In this document: positions 1 to 8,573 of the stretch, piece after piece
Position numbering within the stretch: position 1 is the first letter of the stretch
Layout: each line of letters begins with the position of its first letter
Source of the DNA: Oscillospiraceae bacterium
Lineage (GTDB): Bacteria > Bacillota > Clostridia > Oscillospirales > Ruminococcaceae
Reading direction: 5' to 3'
Assembly: GCA_019423445.1 (NCBI GenBank)
Contig: JAHZBJ010000001.1
Span: forward strand, 1-35,358
Length of the DNA: 35,358 nt
Position numbers and translations under genes: made by a program
The notes under the pieces: model-generated
Told to the model about the DNA's origin: nothing
Seen by the model: the letters and a program-made list of their open reading frames with translations, nothing else
Database searches by the model: none

Positions 1-156
1 CACCCAGGTAAAGAGATTCAGCTCCTTGCTGCCGTCGGCAGCTGCCTGGCTGCCGGAAGATGTCCCGGCGGCGGAAGAGCTCTGGCTCTGGCCGCAGCCG
101 GCCAGCACACCGGCGCACAAAGCGGCGGCGAGAACAAGGGAAATTGCTTTTTTCAT
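1..156 (-). CDS. potD: Spermidine/putrescine ABC transporter substrate-binding lipoprotein, 5' part (runs off the window)
   Basis: Manual translation from ATG at 156: MKKAISLVLAAALCAGVLAGC (lipobox), Ser/Gly linker, then KELNLFTWV. GGAGG RBS upstream; follows potABC. Confidence 0.8.
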   Translation of the reverse strand, partial: MKKAISLVLAAALCAGVLAGCGQSQSSSAAGTSSGSQAAADGSKELNLFTWV

Positions 157-282
157 AGGTCGAAAACCTCCTTTTTATAGGGCCCGCACCGTGGCAGACC
201 AGGTTTTTGGGACGCGGCCCTCATTTCTGCCGGGCCGGCGTCTTTGGTATAAAAACGGCCCAGACAGCCGTCTTTATCAGGT

Positions 283-1080
283 TTAATAGTCCACCTCGGC
301 CTTGGCGGGCTTTTTCTCCCGTCCCAGCCATACCGAGATGCCCACCAGCAGCAAGGTGGCCCCCAGCATCAAGGTGCACAGGGCGTTGATCTCGGGGGTG
401 ACGCCAAACTTGATCTGGGAGTAGATCTTGATGGGCAGGGTGTTGACATCCACCCCGGTGACGAACATGCTGATGATGACGTCGTCCATACTCATGGCAA
501 AGCTGAGAAGCATCCCCGAAAGGATGGCGGGAAAAATCAGGGGCAGGGTGATGTCAAAAAACACCCGGACCTCTCCGGCTCCCAGGTCCCGGGCCGCCTC
601 TGCCAGGCTTTTATCCATTCCCACCAGCCGGGCCTTTACCAGCATGAAGATATAGGGAATGCAGAAAGCAGTATGGGCGATCACCAGGGTGGTCATGCCG
701 AAGGGGAGACCCAGCAGCGCGAAAAACACCATGAATACCATTCCCAGAATGATCTCCGGGATCATAATGGGCAGGGTGGAAAGGTACTCCACCGGCCCCT
801 TGGTGCGGCTCTGGAGGCGCTGCATCCCTACTGCCCCCAAGGTGCCGATGATGGCGGCGCACAGGCAGGTGAGAAGAGCCAGCACCAGACTGTTCCGGAG
901 GGCCTCAAAAATAGCGGTATCCCGGAACAGCGTCTCATACCAGGTAAGGGAGAATCCCCCCCACACAGAACTGAGTTTGCTCTCATTAAAGGAGTAGATC
1001 ACCACCAGGAGGATGGGCAGGTACATGACCGCCAGCACCACCAGAAGGTAGACCCGGGGGAAACGGCTTTTGTTTCTCAT
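283..1080 (-). CDS. potC: Spermidine/putrescine ABC transporter permease
   Basis: About 6 TM segments, EAA loop (LAEAARDLGA), YSFN and TLPIKIY...TPEINAL motifs; overlaps potB by 4 nt. Confidence 0.9.
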   Translation of the reverse strand: MRNKSRFPRVYLLVVLAVMYLPILLVVIYSFNESKLSSVWGGFSLTWYETLFRDTAIFEALRNSLVLALLTCLCAAIIGTLGAVGMQRLQSRTKGPVEYLSTLPIMIPEIILGMVFMVFFALLGLPFGMTTLVIAHTAFCIPYIFMLVKARLVGMDKSLAEAARDLGAGEVRVFFDITLPLIFPAILSGMLLSFAMSMDDVIISMFVTGVDVNTLPIKIYSQIKFGVTPEINALCTLMLGATLLLVGISVWLGREKKPAKAEVDY

Positions 1081-1955
1081 AAGATCCCCTCCAAATCCTT
1101 CACATGGGTCACCTTGCGGTAGATCCAGATCATCAGGCTGGTGAGGACCATCAGCACCACACTCAGGGCCGCGGCAAAGGGCCAGTTATGAGCCCTGGTC
1201 AGCTGGTCCTGGATGAGGCTGCCCACCAACACCACCTTGTTTCCCCCCAGAATATCGGCGATGAAGAAAAGGCCCATGGAGGGGATGAAGGTGAGGATGA
1301 CCCCGGAGAGGAGCCCCGGGAGGGTAAGCTTAAAGGTGACGGTGAAAAACGCCTTGGGAGCCGATGCTCCCAGGTCCCGGGCCGCCTCCACCAGGCTCCA
1401 GTCCATCTTCTCGGCGCTGGAATATACCGCCAGGATCATAAAGGGCACCAGGGCGTAAACCATGCCGATGAGGACGGCGGGATATGTATAGAGAAGCTTC
1501 AGGGGGGAGTCGGTAAGGCCCAGCCCCATGAGAATCTTATCCAGAGTCCCGTTGGACCGCAGGATGATGATCCATCCGTAGAGGCGGATGAGGGAACTGG
1601 TCCAGAATGGAATCATCAGCCCCAACATGGCGAAGCGCTTCCACTTCCCCGGCAGCCGGGCCATAAAGTACCCGAAGGGGTAACCGATCAGGGCGATGAG
1701 AAGGGTGCTGGTAATGGCCAGCTTAAAGGACTCGGCGAAAGTCTTCAGATAGATGGGGGTGAGGATGTTCAGGTAGTTGGCCAGGGTCACCTGGTTGGTG
1801 ACCCCCCACACCTCCGCCCGCTGAAGGAAGCTGAGGATAAACATGTACACCAGCGGCCCCAGGACAAACACCAGAGTAAAGAGATAGATGGGGGCCACCA
1901 TCAGCCAAGACACACCGTTTTTCCGCCGGGCGGCGGCGGAGCCGGGCCGGCTCAC
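1077..1955 (-). CDS. potB: Spermidine/putrescine ABC transporter permease
   Basis: GYPFGY, PFWTSSLIRLYGW, EAARDLGA and NWPFAAALS motifs; operon position. Confidence 0.9.
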   Translation of the reverse strand: MSRPGSAAARRKNGVSWLMVAPIYLFTLVFVLGPLVYMFILSFLQRAEVWGVTNQVTLANYLNILTPIYLKTFAESFKLAITSTLLIALIGYPFGYFMARLPGKWKRFAMLGLMIPFWTSSLIRLYGWIIILRSNGTLDKILMGLGLTDSPLKLLYTYPAVLIGMVYALVPFMILAVYSSAEKMDWSLVEAARDLGASAPKAFFTVTFKLTLPGLLSGVILTFIPSMGLFFIADILGGNKVVLVGSLIQDQLTRAHNWPFAAALSVVLMVLTSLMIWIYRKVTHVKDLEGIL

Positions 1956-3040
1956 TGCTCCCCCTCCACATCCACCGGAACTGCTGCCTGGGGCTCCCAG
2001 TAAAGGGAAACCTCCTGGCCGGGCTGGATGTCCAGGTCAATACCGTGGCGGCTGGCCACCACTTCGGCGCCGTCCGCCAAAGCAAAGGCGATCCGAAGCA
2101 TGCCGCCTGCAAAGCTCTTTTCCTTTACGGTACCCCGGATGCCGGTATCCCCGGCTCCGGGATCCTTTTCAAAGCGGATCTGCTCGCTGCGCACCGCCAG
2201 GGCCACCGGTCCTCCGGCAGCCACGGGGCGTCCCGCCGGATCAAAGAGAACCGTTCCTCCCTGGCACTCCATCACCATCAAGCCGTCTTTTCCAGTCCGG
2301 GCAGTACCCCGGAGGATATTGGCGCTCCCCACAAACCGGGCCACAAAGCTGGTCCGGGGGCGGTCGTAGACGTCGGCGGGGCTGCCGATCTGCTCAAAGA
2401 TTCCCTCCCGCATCACCACAATGCGGTCGCTCATGTTCAGGGCTTCCTCCTGATCGTGGGTGATATAGATAAAGGTGATCCCCAGGCGCTTCTGAAGGCG
2501 TTTGAGCTCCACCTGCATCTGGCGGCGGAGCTGAAGGTCCAAAGCTCCCAGGGGTTCGTCCAGCAGGAGCACCCGGGGATTGTTCACCAGGGCCCGGGCA
2601 ATGGCCACCCGCTGCCGCTGGCCGCCGGAAAGCTCCGAGGGCATCCGTTTTTCATATCCTTCCAGCTGCACCAGTTCCAGGGCCTCCTGGACCGCCCGCC
2701 GCCATTCCTCCCGGGGGGCTTTCCTGATCCGCAGGCTGTAGCTGATATTCTGTTCCACATTCATATGGGGGAACAGGGCATAGTTCTGGAACACGGTATT
2801 GACATCCCGCTTGTTCGGGGCCAGGTCGGTGACATCTTTCCCCTCCAGGATCACCCGGCCGCTGTCTGGCTCCTCCAGTCCGGCAATGATCCGCAGGGTG
2901 GTGGTCTTGCCGCAGCCGCTGGGCCCCAGGAAGGTAATAAACTCCCCCTGGCGGATATCGATGGAGATGCCCCGCAGAACCCGGGTCTCCCCAAAGGACT
3001 TGGTGATATCCTGCAACTGCAGGATCATGGCGTCGCTCAC
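1952..3040 (-). CDS. potA: Spermidine/putrescine ABC transporter ATP-binding protein
   Basis: Walker A GPSGCGKT, VFQNYALFPHM, LSGGQRQR signature, LLLDEPLGALD, THDQEEAL; TOBE-like C-terminus; GTG start. Confidence 0.92.
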   Translation of the reverse strand: MSDAMILQLQDITKSFGETRVLRGISIDIRQGEFITFLGPSGCGKTTTLRIIAGLEEPDSGRVILEGKDVTDLAPNKRDVNTVFQNYALFPHMNVEQNISYSLRIRKAPREEWRRAVQEALELVQLEGYEKRMPSELSGGQRQRVAIARALVNNPRVLLLDEPLGALDLQLRRQMQVELKRLQKRLGITFIYITHDQEEALNMSDRIVVMREGIFEQIGSPADVYDRPRTSFVARFVGSANILRGTARTGKDGLMVMECQGGTVLFDPAGRPVAAGGPVALAVRSEQIRFEKDPGAGDTGIRGTVKEKSFAGGMLRIAFALADGAEVVASRHGIDLDIQPGQEVSLYWEPQAAVPVDVEGEQ

Positions 3041-3118
3041 GCTCTGAACCCCCTCCCCGGAAAGAAAGGCCTTCCTTTCTTCCCCGCTTTATGCAAAATG
3101 TTCCAATCTAACAGCTGC

Positions 3119-3147
3119 ATTATATTGATTTCAGGGGGGGGTGTCAA
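3119..3147 (-). promoter_or_regulatory. SigA promoter of potABCD
   Basis: Perfect TTGACA (3147-3142), 17 nt, TATAAT (3124-3119) on the minus strand; spacer contains a C8 run. Confidence 0.85.
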
Positions 3148-3158
3148 TCCGTTTGGAC

Positions 3159-3210
3159 ATAAAAATGCCCCCCTGGTGAATCATTCGTTACAACTCACAA
3201 ATCAGGGGGG
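3159..3210 (-). terminator. Probable intrinsic terminator of the DUF5662-like gene
   Basis: Minus strand CCCCCCTG...CAGGGGGG stem followed by CATTTTTAT. Confidence 0.5.
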
Positions 3211-3314
3211 TGCTCAGGGGATTATTTATGCAGAATTCAGTGGAAAACAGAGCCTTTTGGGGGAATGTGGAGATTTTCACGGAAAATTTCGGAAAAACGC
3301 AAGTTTTTCACGAC

Positions 3315-3914
3315 TCATTCCGAAATGCCGGGGAAAATCCCGTCCTTTTCACTTTCCTTTCCTTCCGGGCCCTCCGGCGGGCGGGTAGTCAAAACCTTCT
3401 CCCGGATAAAACGGCAGGCGGCGTCCTCCCCCTGGTCCCGGAGCATCAGGAGCAGTTTTTCCAGGAGGGCCCGGGTCTCCGGATGCAGGAGCCGTCCATC
3501 CCGCCCATGGAGATAATACTCCCAAGGATGGGCCGGGGTATAGGCTGTCCCCTGATAGGTTTTGCTGGCGGCCACCCGGTCCCAGAACATCTCCACCACA
3601 TACCGCTCCGGCATCCGGCACCCCACCAGGGTGTGATCCCCGGAAGGGCTGTAATCCAGCCAGTACTCCAGGTGGTGTTTGTTGCGGCCCTTGTGATGGA
3701 GCCAGGCGGCGCTGTACCCTTCCGCCAGGCGCTGGGCCTCATTGGGGCTCCGGGTTCCCTGGTAGTACCGCGCCCCCACCAAAAACTCCGCCGGAGAGTA
3801 CTTGGAGAGGTCATGGGTAAGTCCCTGCCAATAGAGCCCCACTCGGAAGCAGCCCTGCCGCACCAATTTCCGATGGTGGTTCACTGTCCTCAGATGCCCC
3901 AGCCACTTTACCAT
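3315..3914 (-). CDS. DUF5662-family (HD-like) protein
   Basis: HDLSKYSPAEF, AWLHHKGRNKHHLEYW and MPERYVVEMFWDR motifs recognised from this family; purine-rich RBS. Confidence 0.75.
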   Translation of the reverse strand: MVKWLGHLRTVNHHRKLVRQGCFRVGLYWQGLTHDLSKYSPAEFLVGARYYQGTRSPNEAQRLAEGYSAAWLHHKGRNKHHLEYWLDYSPSGDHTLVGCRMPERYVVEMFWDRVAASKTYQGTAYTPAHPWEYYLHGRDGRLLHPETRALLEKLLLMLRDQGEDAACRFIREKVLTTRPPEGPEGKESEKDGIFPGISE

Positions 3915-4045
3915 GGTTCTCTCCCCTTTCCTGCTTTTCTTTCAGTATACCACATTTCCCCCCGAGGACAAAGGGCCTCCCTTTGACAGGGAAGGGGCGG
4001 CCCCCGCCGGTGCCGCCCCTGTATTGCACACCTTTTCCCACCGTT

Positions 4046-4549
4046 TCACGGAATGCAAAACTCCGCTGCCAGGTAATGAAGAGCACCCTGGGAGTCCCGC
4101 ATCTCCAGAGCCAGACGGTAAGTCCCCGGCTCCAGACGGGTGCCGTAGCCTGCGTACTTCTGAACCAGACTGCCGCTGAGGCCGGTGCTGTCTCCCCCCA
4201 GGTCAAAGCGGATATGGCCCGTGCCGGGATTTTGGCAGTCCAGGCGGTACCACCGGCCGTTTTCCAGCCTCTCCAGATATTCAAAGGAGGAAGCGTCCTC
4301 CTCAAAAATATAAATATCCTCTGAATCCGCCAGGACATCATACCGGAGGGTATAACCCCGGAAAGGGGACCAGCCTGGTTTCTCCAGGGAAAGGCTGAAC
4401 CCTTCCACCTGGTTCACCGGGTAGGAAACCGGTTCCCCCAGGGCGGGATATTGGGCGGTGGCCTTTAAAGTCAGAAGAGCAACAGCTGCGCAGAGGACCA
4501 CAAACACCGCAAGGGTCAATATCCCCTGGTGTCTTTTCAGCGATTCCAT
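4046..4549 (-). CDS. Membrane-anchored hypothetical protein with Ig-like domain
   Basis: N-terminal TM helix, beta-rich body, LERLENGRWY and LEPGTYRL motifs; GGAGG RBS. Confidence 0.6.
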   Translation of the reverse strand: MESLKRHQGILTLAVFVVLCAAVALLTLKATAQYPALGEPVSYPVNQVEGFSLSLEKPGWSPFRGYTLRYDVLADSEDIYIFEEDASSFEYLERLENGRWYRLDCQNPGTGHIRFDLGGDSTGLSGSLVQKYAGYGTRLEPGTYRLALEMRDSQGALHYLAAEFCIP

Positions 4550-4615
4550 CTCTATTTCCCCCTTCCTCCTGGGACAATTATATCACCGCCGTCTCCCCTC
4601 CACAATTATTTTCTC

Positions 4616-4644
4616 TTGCGCTTCCGCCCGGGATATAGTATACT
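4616..4644 (+). promoter_or_regulatory. SigA-like promoter of the reductase gene
   Basis: TTGCGC, 17 nt, TATACT; about 40 nt upstream of ATG 4684. Confidence 0.6.
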
Positions 4645-4683
4645 GGCTAAGTATGTTCAAAGGGAAAATGAAGGGAGACTATT

Positions 4684-5568
4684 ATGGCACTGACTGCGGA
4701 AGAAATTAAACGCGTAAAAGGGGAAGGCTTCCTCCTCAACCGGGGAACCGAAACCTTCTCCGGGCGCATCATCACAGAAAATGGAACCCTGACCGCCCAG
4801 CAGCTTATCAACCTGGGGGAAGCGGCTCGGGAATATGGCTCCGGCACTATCGCTTTTACCACCCGGATGACTGTGGAAATTCCCGGCATCCCCTATGAGC
4901 GCATCCCTGAGTTCCAGGCTTTCGTGGCCCGGGAGGGAATGGTCACCGGAGGCACCGGGGCCAAGGTCCGTCCGGTGGTGGCCTGCAAGGGAAGCACCTG
5001 CGTTTTCGGCCTCTACGACACCCAGGAACTGGCCAGGGAGATCCACAAACGCTTTTATGAGGGATACCGCTCGGTGGTCCTCCCCCACAAGTTCAAGATC
5101 GCCGTAGGGGGCTGCCCCAACAACTGTGCAAAGCCCGACCTCAACGACCTGGGGCTGGTGGGCCAGCGGGTACCGGTTTACCGTCCGGAGCTCTGCAAAA
5201 GCTGCAAAAAGTGTCAGGTGGCTGAAGCCTGCCCCATGAAGGCGGCCGTCCTGCCCCAGGGAGAGCGGATGACCCTGGACCAGCAGCGCTGCAACAACTG
5301 CGGCCGCTGTGCCTCCGCCTGCCCCTTCGGAGCCCTGGAGGGCAGCGAAACCCTCTATAAGGTATATGTGGGGGGGCGCTGGGGCAAGGAGATCCGCATC
5401 GGCACCCCTCTCTCCTCCCTGGTCACCCGGGAGGAGGCACTGGATCTCATCGAGAAAGCCATTCTCCTCTTCCAGCGGGAAGGCCTCCCCGGAGAGCGCT
5501 TCGGCTCCACGGTAGAGCGCCTGGGAATGGAACGGGTGGAGCGGGAGCTTCTCCCCTCCCGGGAATAA
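4684..5568 (+). CDS. Nitrite/sulfite reductase family 4Fe-4S protein (AsrC/Dsr-like, siroheme-binding) with inserted ferredoxin domain
   Basis: FTTRM, ACKGSTC (Cx5C) and KFKIAVGGCPNNC siroheme/FeS ligands; CKSCKKC...CP and CNNCGRCASACP ferredoxin motifs; VGGRWG. Confidence 0.85.
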   Translation: MALTAEEIKRVKGEGFLLNRGTETFSGRIITENGTLTAQQLINLGEAAREYGSGTIAFTTRMTVEIPGIPYERIPEFQAFVAREGMVTGGTGAKVRPVVACKGSTCVFGLYDTQELAREIHKRFYEGYRSVVLPHKFKIAVGGCPNNCAKPDLNDLGLVGQRVPVYRPELCKSCKKCQVAEACPMKAAVLPQGERMTLDQQRCNNCGRCASACPFGALEGSETLYKVYVGGRWGKEIRIGTPLSSLVTREEALDLIEKAILLFQREGLPGERFGSTVERLGMERVERELLPSRE

Positions 5569-5580
5569 ACTCCGGCAGAT

Positions 5581-5621
5581 GCGCCGGGAGGCAGGAAAAT
5601 CCTCCTCCCCGGCGCTTTTTT
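5581..5621 (+). terminator. Intrinsic terminator
   Basis: GCGCCGGG...CCCGGCGC stem followed by a T6 run. Confidence 0.75.
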
Positions 5622-5716
5622 GCATTTTTACAAAAATGTGGTAATATTAAAATAGATTTCATTACCGCCATCCGGCAAAGGCCTCCCAGCCCATTTAAAA
5701 AGAGAGGAGACGCACC

Positions 5717-7255
5717 TTGCTGCAAAAACTCATCAGCCTTCTGTTCAAGCGGGTCACCGTGGTGGCCACAGCCATCACCGTCCAGCTGGCGCTGCTTCTG
5801 GTGATGCTATTGCGGTTCCAGGAGTACTTCGTCTACTTCTATGCCGTCAGCATCCTGCTGAGCGTCCTCGCCGTTTTGTATATCATCAACAACAAAAGCA
5901 ACCCCGCCTATAAAATCGCCTGGATCATCCCAATTCTCTTGGTGCCGGTGTTTGGCGGGCTTATCTATCTGCTCTTCGGCGGCAACAAGCTCAGCGCCCA
6001 CGAGCGCAAAAAGATGGCCCGGCTCAAGCGCTGCTTCCGAAATATCCATCTGCTGCGGTTCGACGCCCTGGGAGAAATTGACAAGCTCAGCCCCGACGCG
6101 GCAAACCAGTCCCGGTACATCCTCAACGCCGCAGATTCTCCTCCTTTCCAGAACACCTCCGTGGAGTATCTTCCCTCCGGAGAGGTGAAATTCCAGCGGA
6201 TGCTGGAGGAGCTGGAAAAGGCCCGCCATTACATTTTCCTGGAGTACTTCATCATCCAGGAGGGGAAAATGTGGGACCCCATCCTGGAAATCCTGGAGCG
6301 CAAGGCCCAGGAAGGGCTGGATGTCCGGGTGATGTACGACGACATCGGCTGCCTTCTGACCCTTCCCTCCAACTACCGCCAGACCCTGGAGAAAAAGGGA
6401 ATCCGGTGCTGTGTCTTCAACCCCTTTGTCCCGGTGCTTTCCACCCGCCTCAACAACCGGGACCACCGGAAGATCTGCGTCATCGACGGCCACACCGGCT
6501 TTACCGGAGGCATCAACCTGGCGGACGAATACATCAACGCCTATGAAAAACACGGTCACTGGAAGGATACCGCGGTGCTCCTTCGGGGAGACGCTGTCTG
6601 GAGCCTCACCGTCATGTTCCTTTCCATGTGGGACTATGTCTCCGGCACCCAGGAGGATTTCTCCCTCTACCTGCCCCGGCTCTATCAACTCCAGCCCCAG
6701 CCCTGCGACGGCTTCGTCCAGCCCTACACCGACAGCCCCCTGGACGACGAGGCGGTGGGAGAAACGGTGTACCTAAACCTCATCAACAAGGCCAAGCGGT
6801 ATGTTTACATCACCACTCCCTATCTGATCATCAGCAATGAAATGATCACCGCTCTCTGTACTGCCGCCAAATCCGGGGTGGACGTGCGGATCATCACGCC
6901 GCATATCGCGGACAAGTGGTACGTCCACTCTCTAACCCGCGCCTACTACGAGACCCTGACCGAGGCGGGGGTCCGGATCTATGAATACACCCCCGGCTTC
7001 ATCCATGCCAAAACCTTTACAGTAGACGATGAACTGGGGGTAGTTGGGACCATCAACCTGGACTTTCGCAGCCTATACCTCCACTTCGAGTGCGCCGTCT
7101 GGCTCTTCCGCTGCCGGTGCATCCTGGACATGCGGGATGACTTTCTGGCCACCCAAGCGGTAAGTCAGGAGATCACCCTGAAAGAGTGTCGGGCAGTACG
7201 GCTCCCCACCCGTCTGCTGCGAAGCGTCCTGCGGCTTTTCGCCCCGTTGATGTAG
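5717..7255 (+). CDS. cls: Cardiolipin synthase
   Basis: Two HKD motifs (HRKICVIDG, HAKTFTVDD), N-terminal TM helices with KIAWII...PVFG, TTPYL and GTINLDFRS; TTG start with GAGGAG RBS. Confidence 0.93.
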   Translation: MLQKLISLLFKRVTVVATAITVQLALLLVMLLRFQEYFVYFYAVSILLSVLAVLYIINNKSNPAYKIAWIIPILLVPVFGGLIYLLFGGNKLSAHERKKMARLKRCFRNIHLLRFDALGEIDKLSPDAANQSRYILNAADSPPFQNTSVEYLPSGEVKFQRMLEELEKARHYIFLEYFIIQEGKMWDPILEILERKAQEGLDVRVMYDDIGCLLTLPSNYRQTLEKKGIRCCVFNPFVPVLSTRLNNRDHRKICVIDGHTGFTGGINLADEYINAYEKHGHWKDTAVLLRGDAVWSLTVMFLSMWDYVSGTQEDFSLYLPRLYQLQPQPCDGFVQPYTDSPLDDEAVGETVYLNLINKAKRYVYITTPYLIISNEMITALCTAAKSGVDVRIITPHIADKWYVHSLTRAYYETLTEAGVRIYEYTPGFIHAKTFTVDDELGVVGTINLDFRSLYLHFECAVWLFRCRCILDMRDDFLATQAVSQEITLKECRAVRLPTRLLRSVLRLFAPLM

Positions 7256-7434
7256 CCTATCCCGGAATTTTCTTCTTACATTTCTCTCCAAAAAAATGGT
7301 AAAATAAAGGAAAGGGGCCGGCCGCCCCCTTCCAGAGCCGCCCCCTTCCGCCCTGCCGGCGGAGGGGGGTTCTCTGTCCAGGGCGGGCCGTCCAGGCGTT
7401 TCAGGCGTTTTCAGCCGCAAAGGAGGAAATTCCT

Positions 7435-7794
7435 ATGTATCAGGTGGGAGATCAGATAGTCTATGGAACCATGGGCGTCTGCCAGGTGACGGATATTGCC
7501 CTTCGGAGCCTGTCCGGCTCTGGGGAAAAACGCCCCTACTACACCCTGAAACCCCTCTATCAGGACTGTCTCATCCACGTTCCGGTGGATACCACCGCCT
7601 CCATCCGCCCCGCTATAGGCAGGCGTCAGGCGGAAGCCCTCATCGACAGCATTCCCACTATCCATCCCACCCCCTTCCACAGCCGCATCCCCAGCCAAGT
7701 TTCGGAGCATTACGCCGAAGCTCTCCGCAGTCATGACTGCGCCCAGCTGGTGGGGCTCACCATGTCCATCTATGCCAAAAAACAGGAAGCTGAA
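7435..7794 (+). pseudogene. CarD-family transcriptional regulator, apparently truncated at about residue 120 (the ORF reads through non-homologous DNA to 8172)
   Basis: MYQVGDQIVYGTMGVCQV...YYTLKPLY...VPVD is a CarD N-terminus with AAGGAGG RBS. After SIYAKKQEAE the frame crosses an antisense RBS/promoter, a terminator and another gene's 3' end. Confidence 0.7.
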
Positions 7795-7837
7795 AATGGA
7801 TGGTCTGCAACAGACAGGCGGACCGAATTCGTTTCAT
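7757..7837 (-). pseudogene. 5' remnant of a small hypothetical gene (MKRIRSACLLQTIHFQL...)
   Basis: ATG at 7837 with GAAAGGAAGG RBS and TTGCGC-18-(TGG)TATGCT promoter (7915-7886); the 26-aa ORF runs into antisense carD sequence. Confidence 0.55.
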
Positions 7838-8014
7838 GGTGTTTCCTTCCTTTCTTCGCCCATTTTCCGGGCTGTCTCCACTTCAAGCATACCATCTTTT
7901 ATTCTTCGGGCGCAAAGGGGAAATTTCCTTTCTCAAAGGTTTTTCGTGGGATTCTCACAATCCTACCCCGGTTGGAATTTGTGCATCTTTCCACCCTGCT
8001 TTTCGGCGCCAGGG

Positions 8015-8064
8015 AAAAGAAAGACGCCCCTGAAGCGGCCAATCAAGCCGCTTCAAGGGCGTCT
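8015..8064 (-). terminator. Intrinsic terminator of the mrp operon
   Basis: AGACGCCC.TGAAGCGGC / GCCGCTTCA.GGGCGTCT stem followed by TTCTTTT on the minus strand. Confidence 0.75.
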
Positions 8065-8090
8065 GCTGTCTCAAAAGCTTCTGTTGTTTC

Positions 8091-8573
8091 TTACTCCTGG
8101 GAGGAAGCCAGAGCCTCTTCCACCAGGGCGGCCGCCTGGGCCACCAGCCGGGGGCAGGGGCGCTCTTCGTAATACTGGGGAGTGCGGTCCCCGGGGACAG
8201 GGCCTCTGGGCCCCTGGGTCTCCCCCAGAAGGTCGCCGCACCGCAGGGAGCCGTTCTCCTCCAGGAAGCGGCTGCACAGCCCCTGGAGCCGGTCATAGTG
8301 GGCAGCCTTCAGGCTTTTGTCCTGAAGATCGCTGTAGCCCCGGAGCAGCCCCATCACAATAGCCATGCCGGAAACAGCTCCGCAAAGCTCCCGCATCCGG
8401 CCGACGCCTCCCCCGAAAGAGGAGGAAAGACGCAGAAGGGTCTCCTCATCCAGACCCAGCTCTGGGGCAAAGGCCATCACCACCGCCTGGCAGCAGTTGC
8501 AGCCTTCGCGAAAATGCTTTTCAGCCAGTTTGGCTTTCTCTCCCTCCAGGGAGATGGCGGTTTTCTCGCTCAT
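8091..8573 (-). CDS. C-GCAxxG-C-C family putative redox protein
   Basis: GCNCCQAV, SFGGG.G...CGAVSG, GSLRC.DLL and RPC motifs; overlaps mrp by 4 nt. Confidence 0.88.
   Translation of the reverse strand: MSEKTAISLEGEKAKLAEKHFREGCNCCQAVVMAFAPELGLDEETLLRLSSSFGGGVGRMRELCGAVSGMAIVMGLLRGYSDLQDKSLKAAHYDRLQGLCSRFLEENGSLRCGDLLGETQGPRGPVPGDRTPQYYEERPCPRLVAQAAALVEEALASSQE

Noticed and set aside
3098..3160. TGT...ACA inverted motifs near the pot promoter as GlnR/TnrA-like sites
   Set aside because: Spacings do not match TGTNA-N7-TNACA and differ between the two candidates.
3315..3914. Catalase call for the His-rich protein
   Set aside because: No heme- or Mn-catalase motifs; the sequence fits an HD-like DUF5662 pattern.
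7795..8172. C-terminal extension of CarD as a novel fused domain
   Set aside because: It crosses an antisense promoter/RBS, a terminator and the end of the opposite gene; better explained as read-through after truncation.
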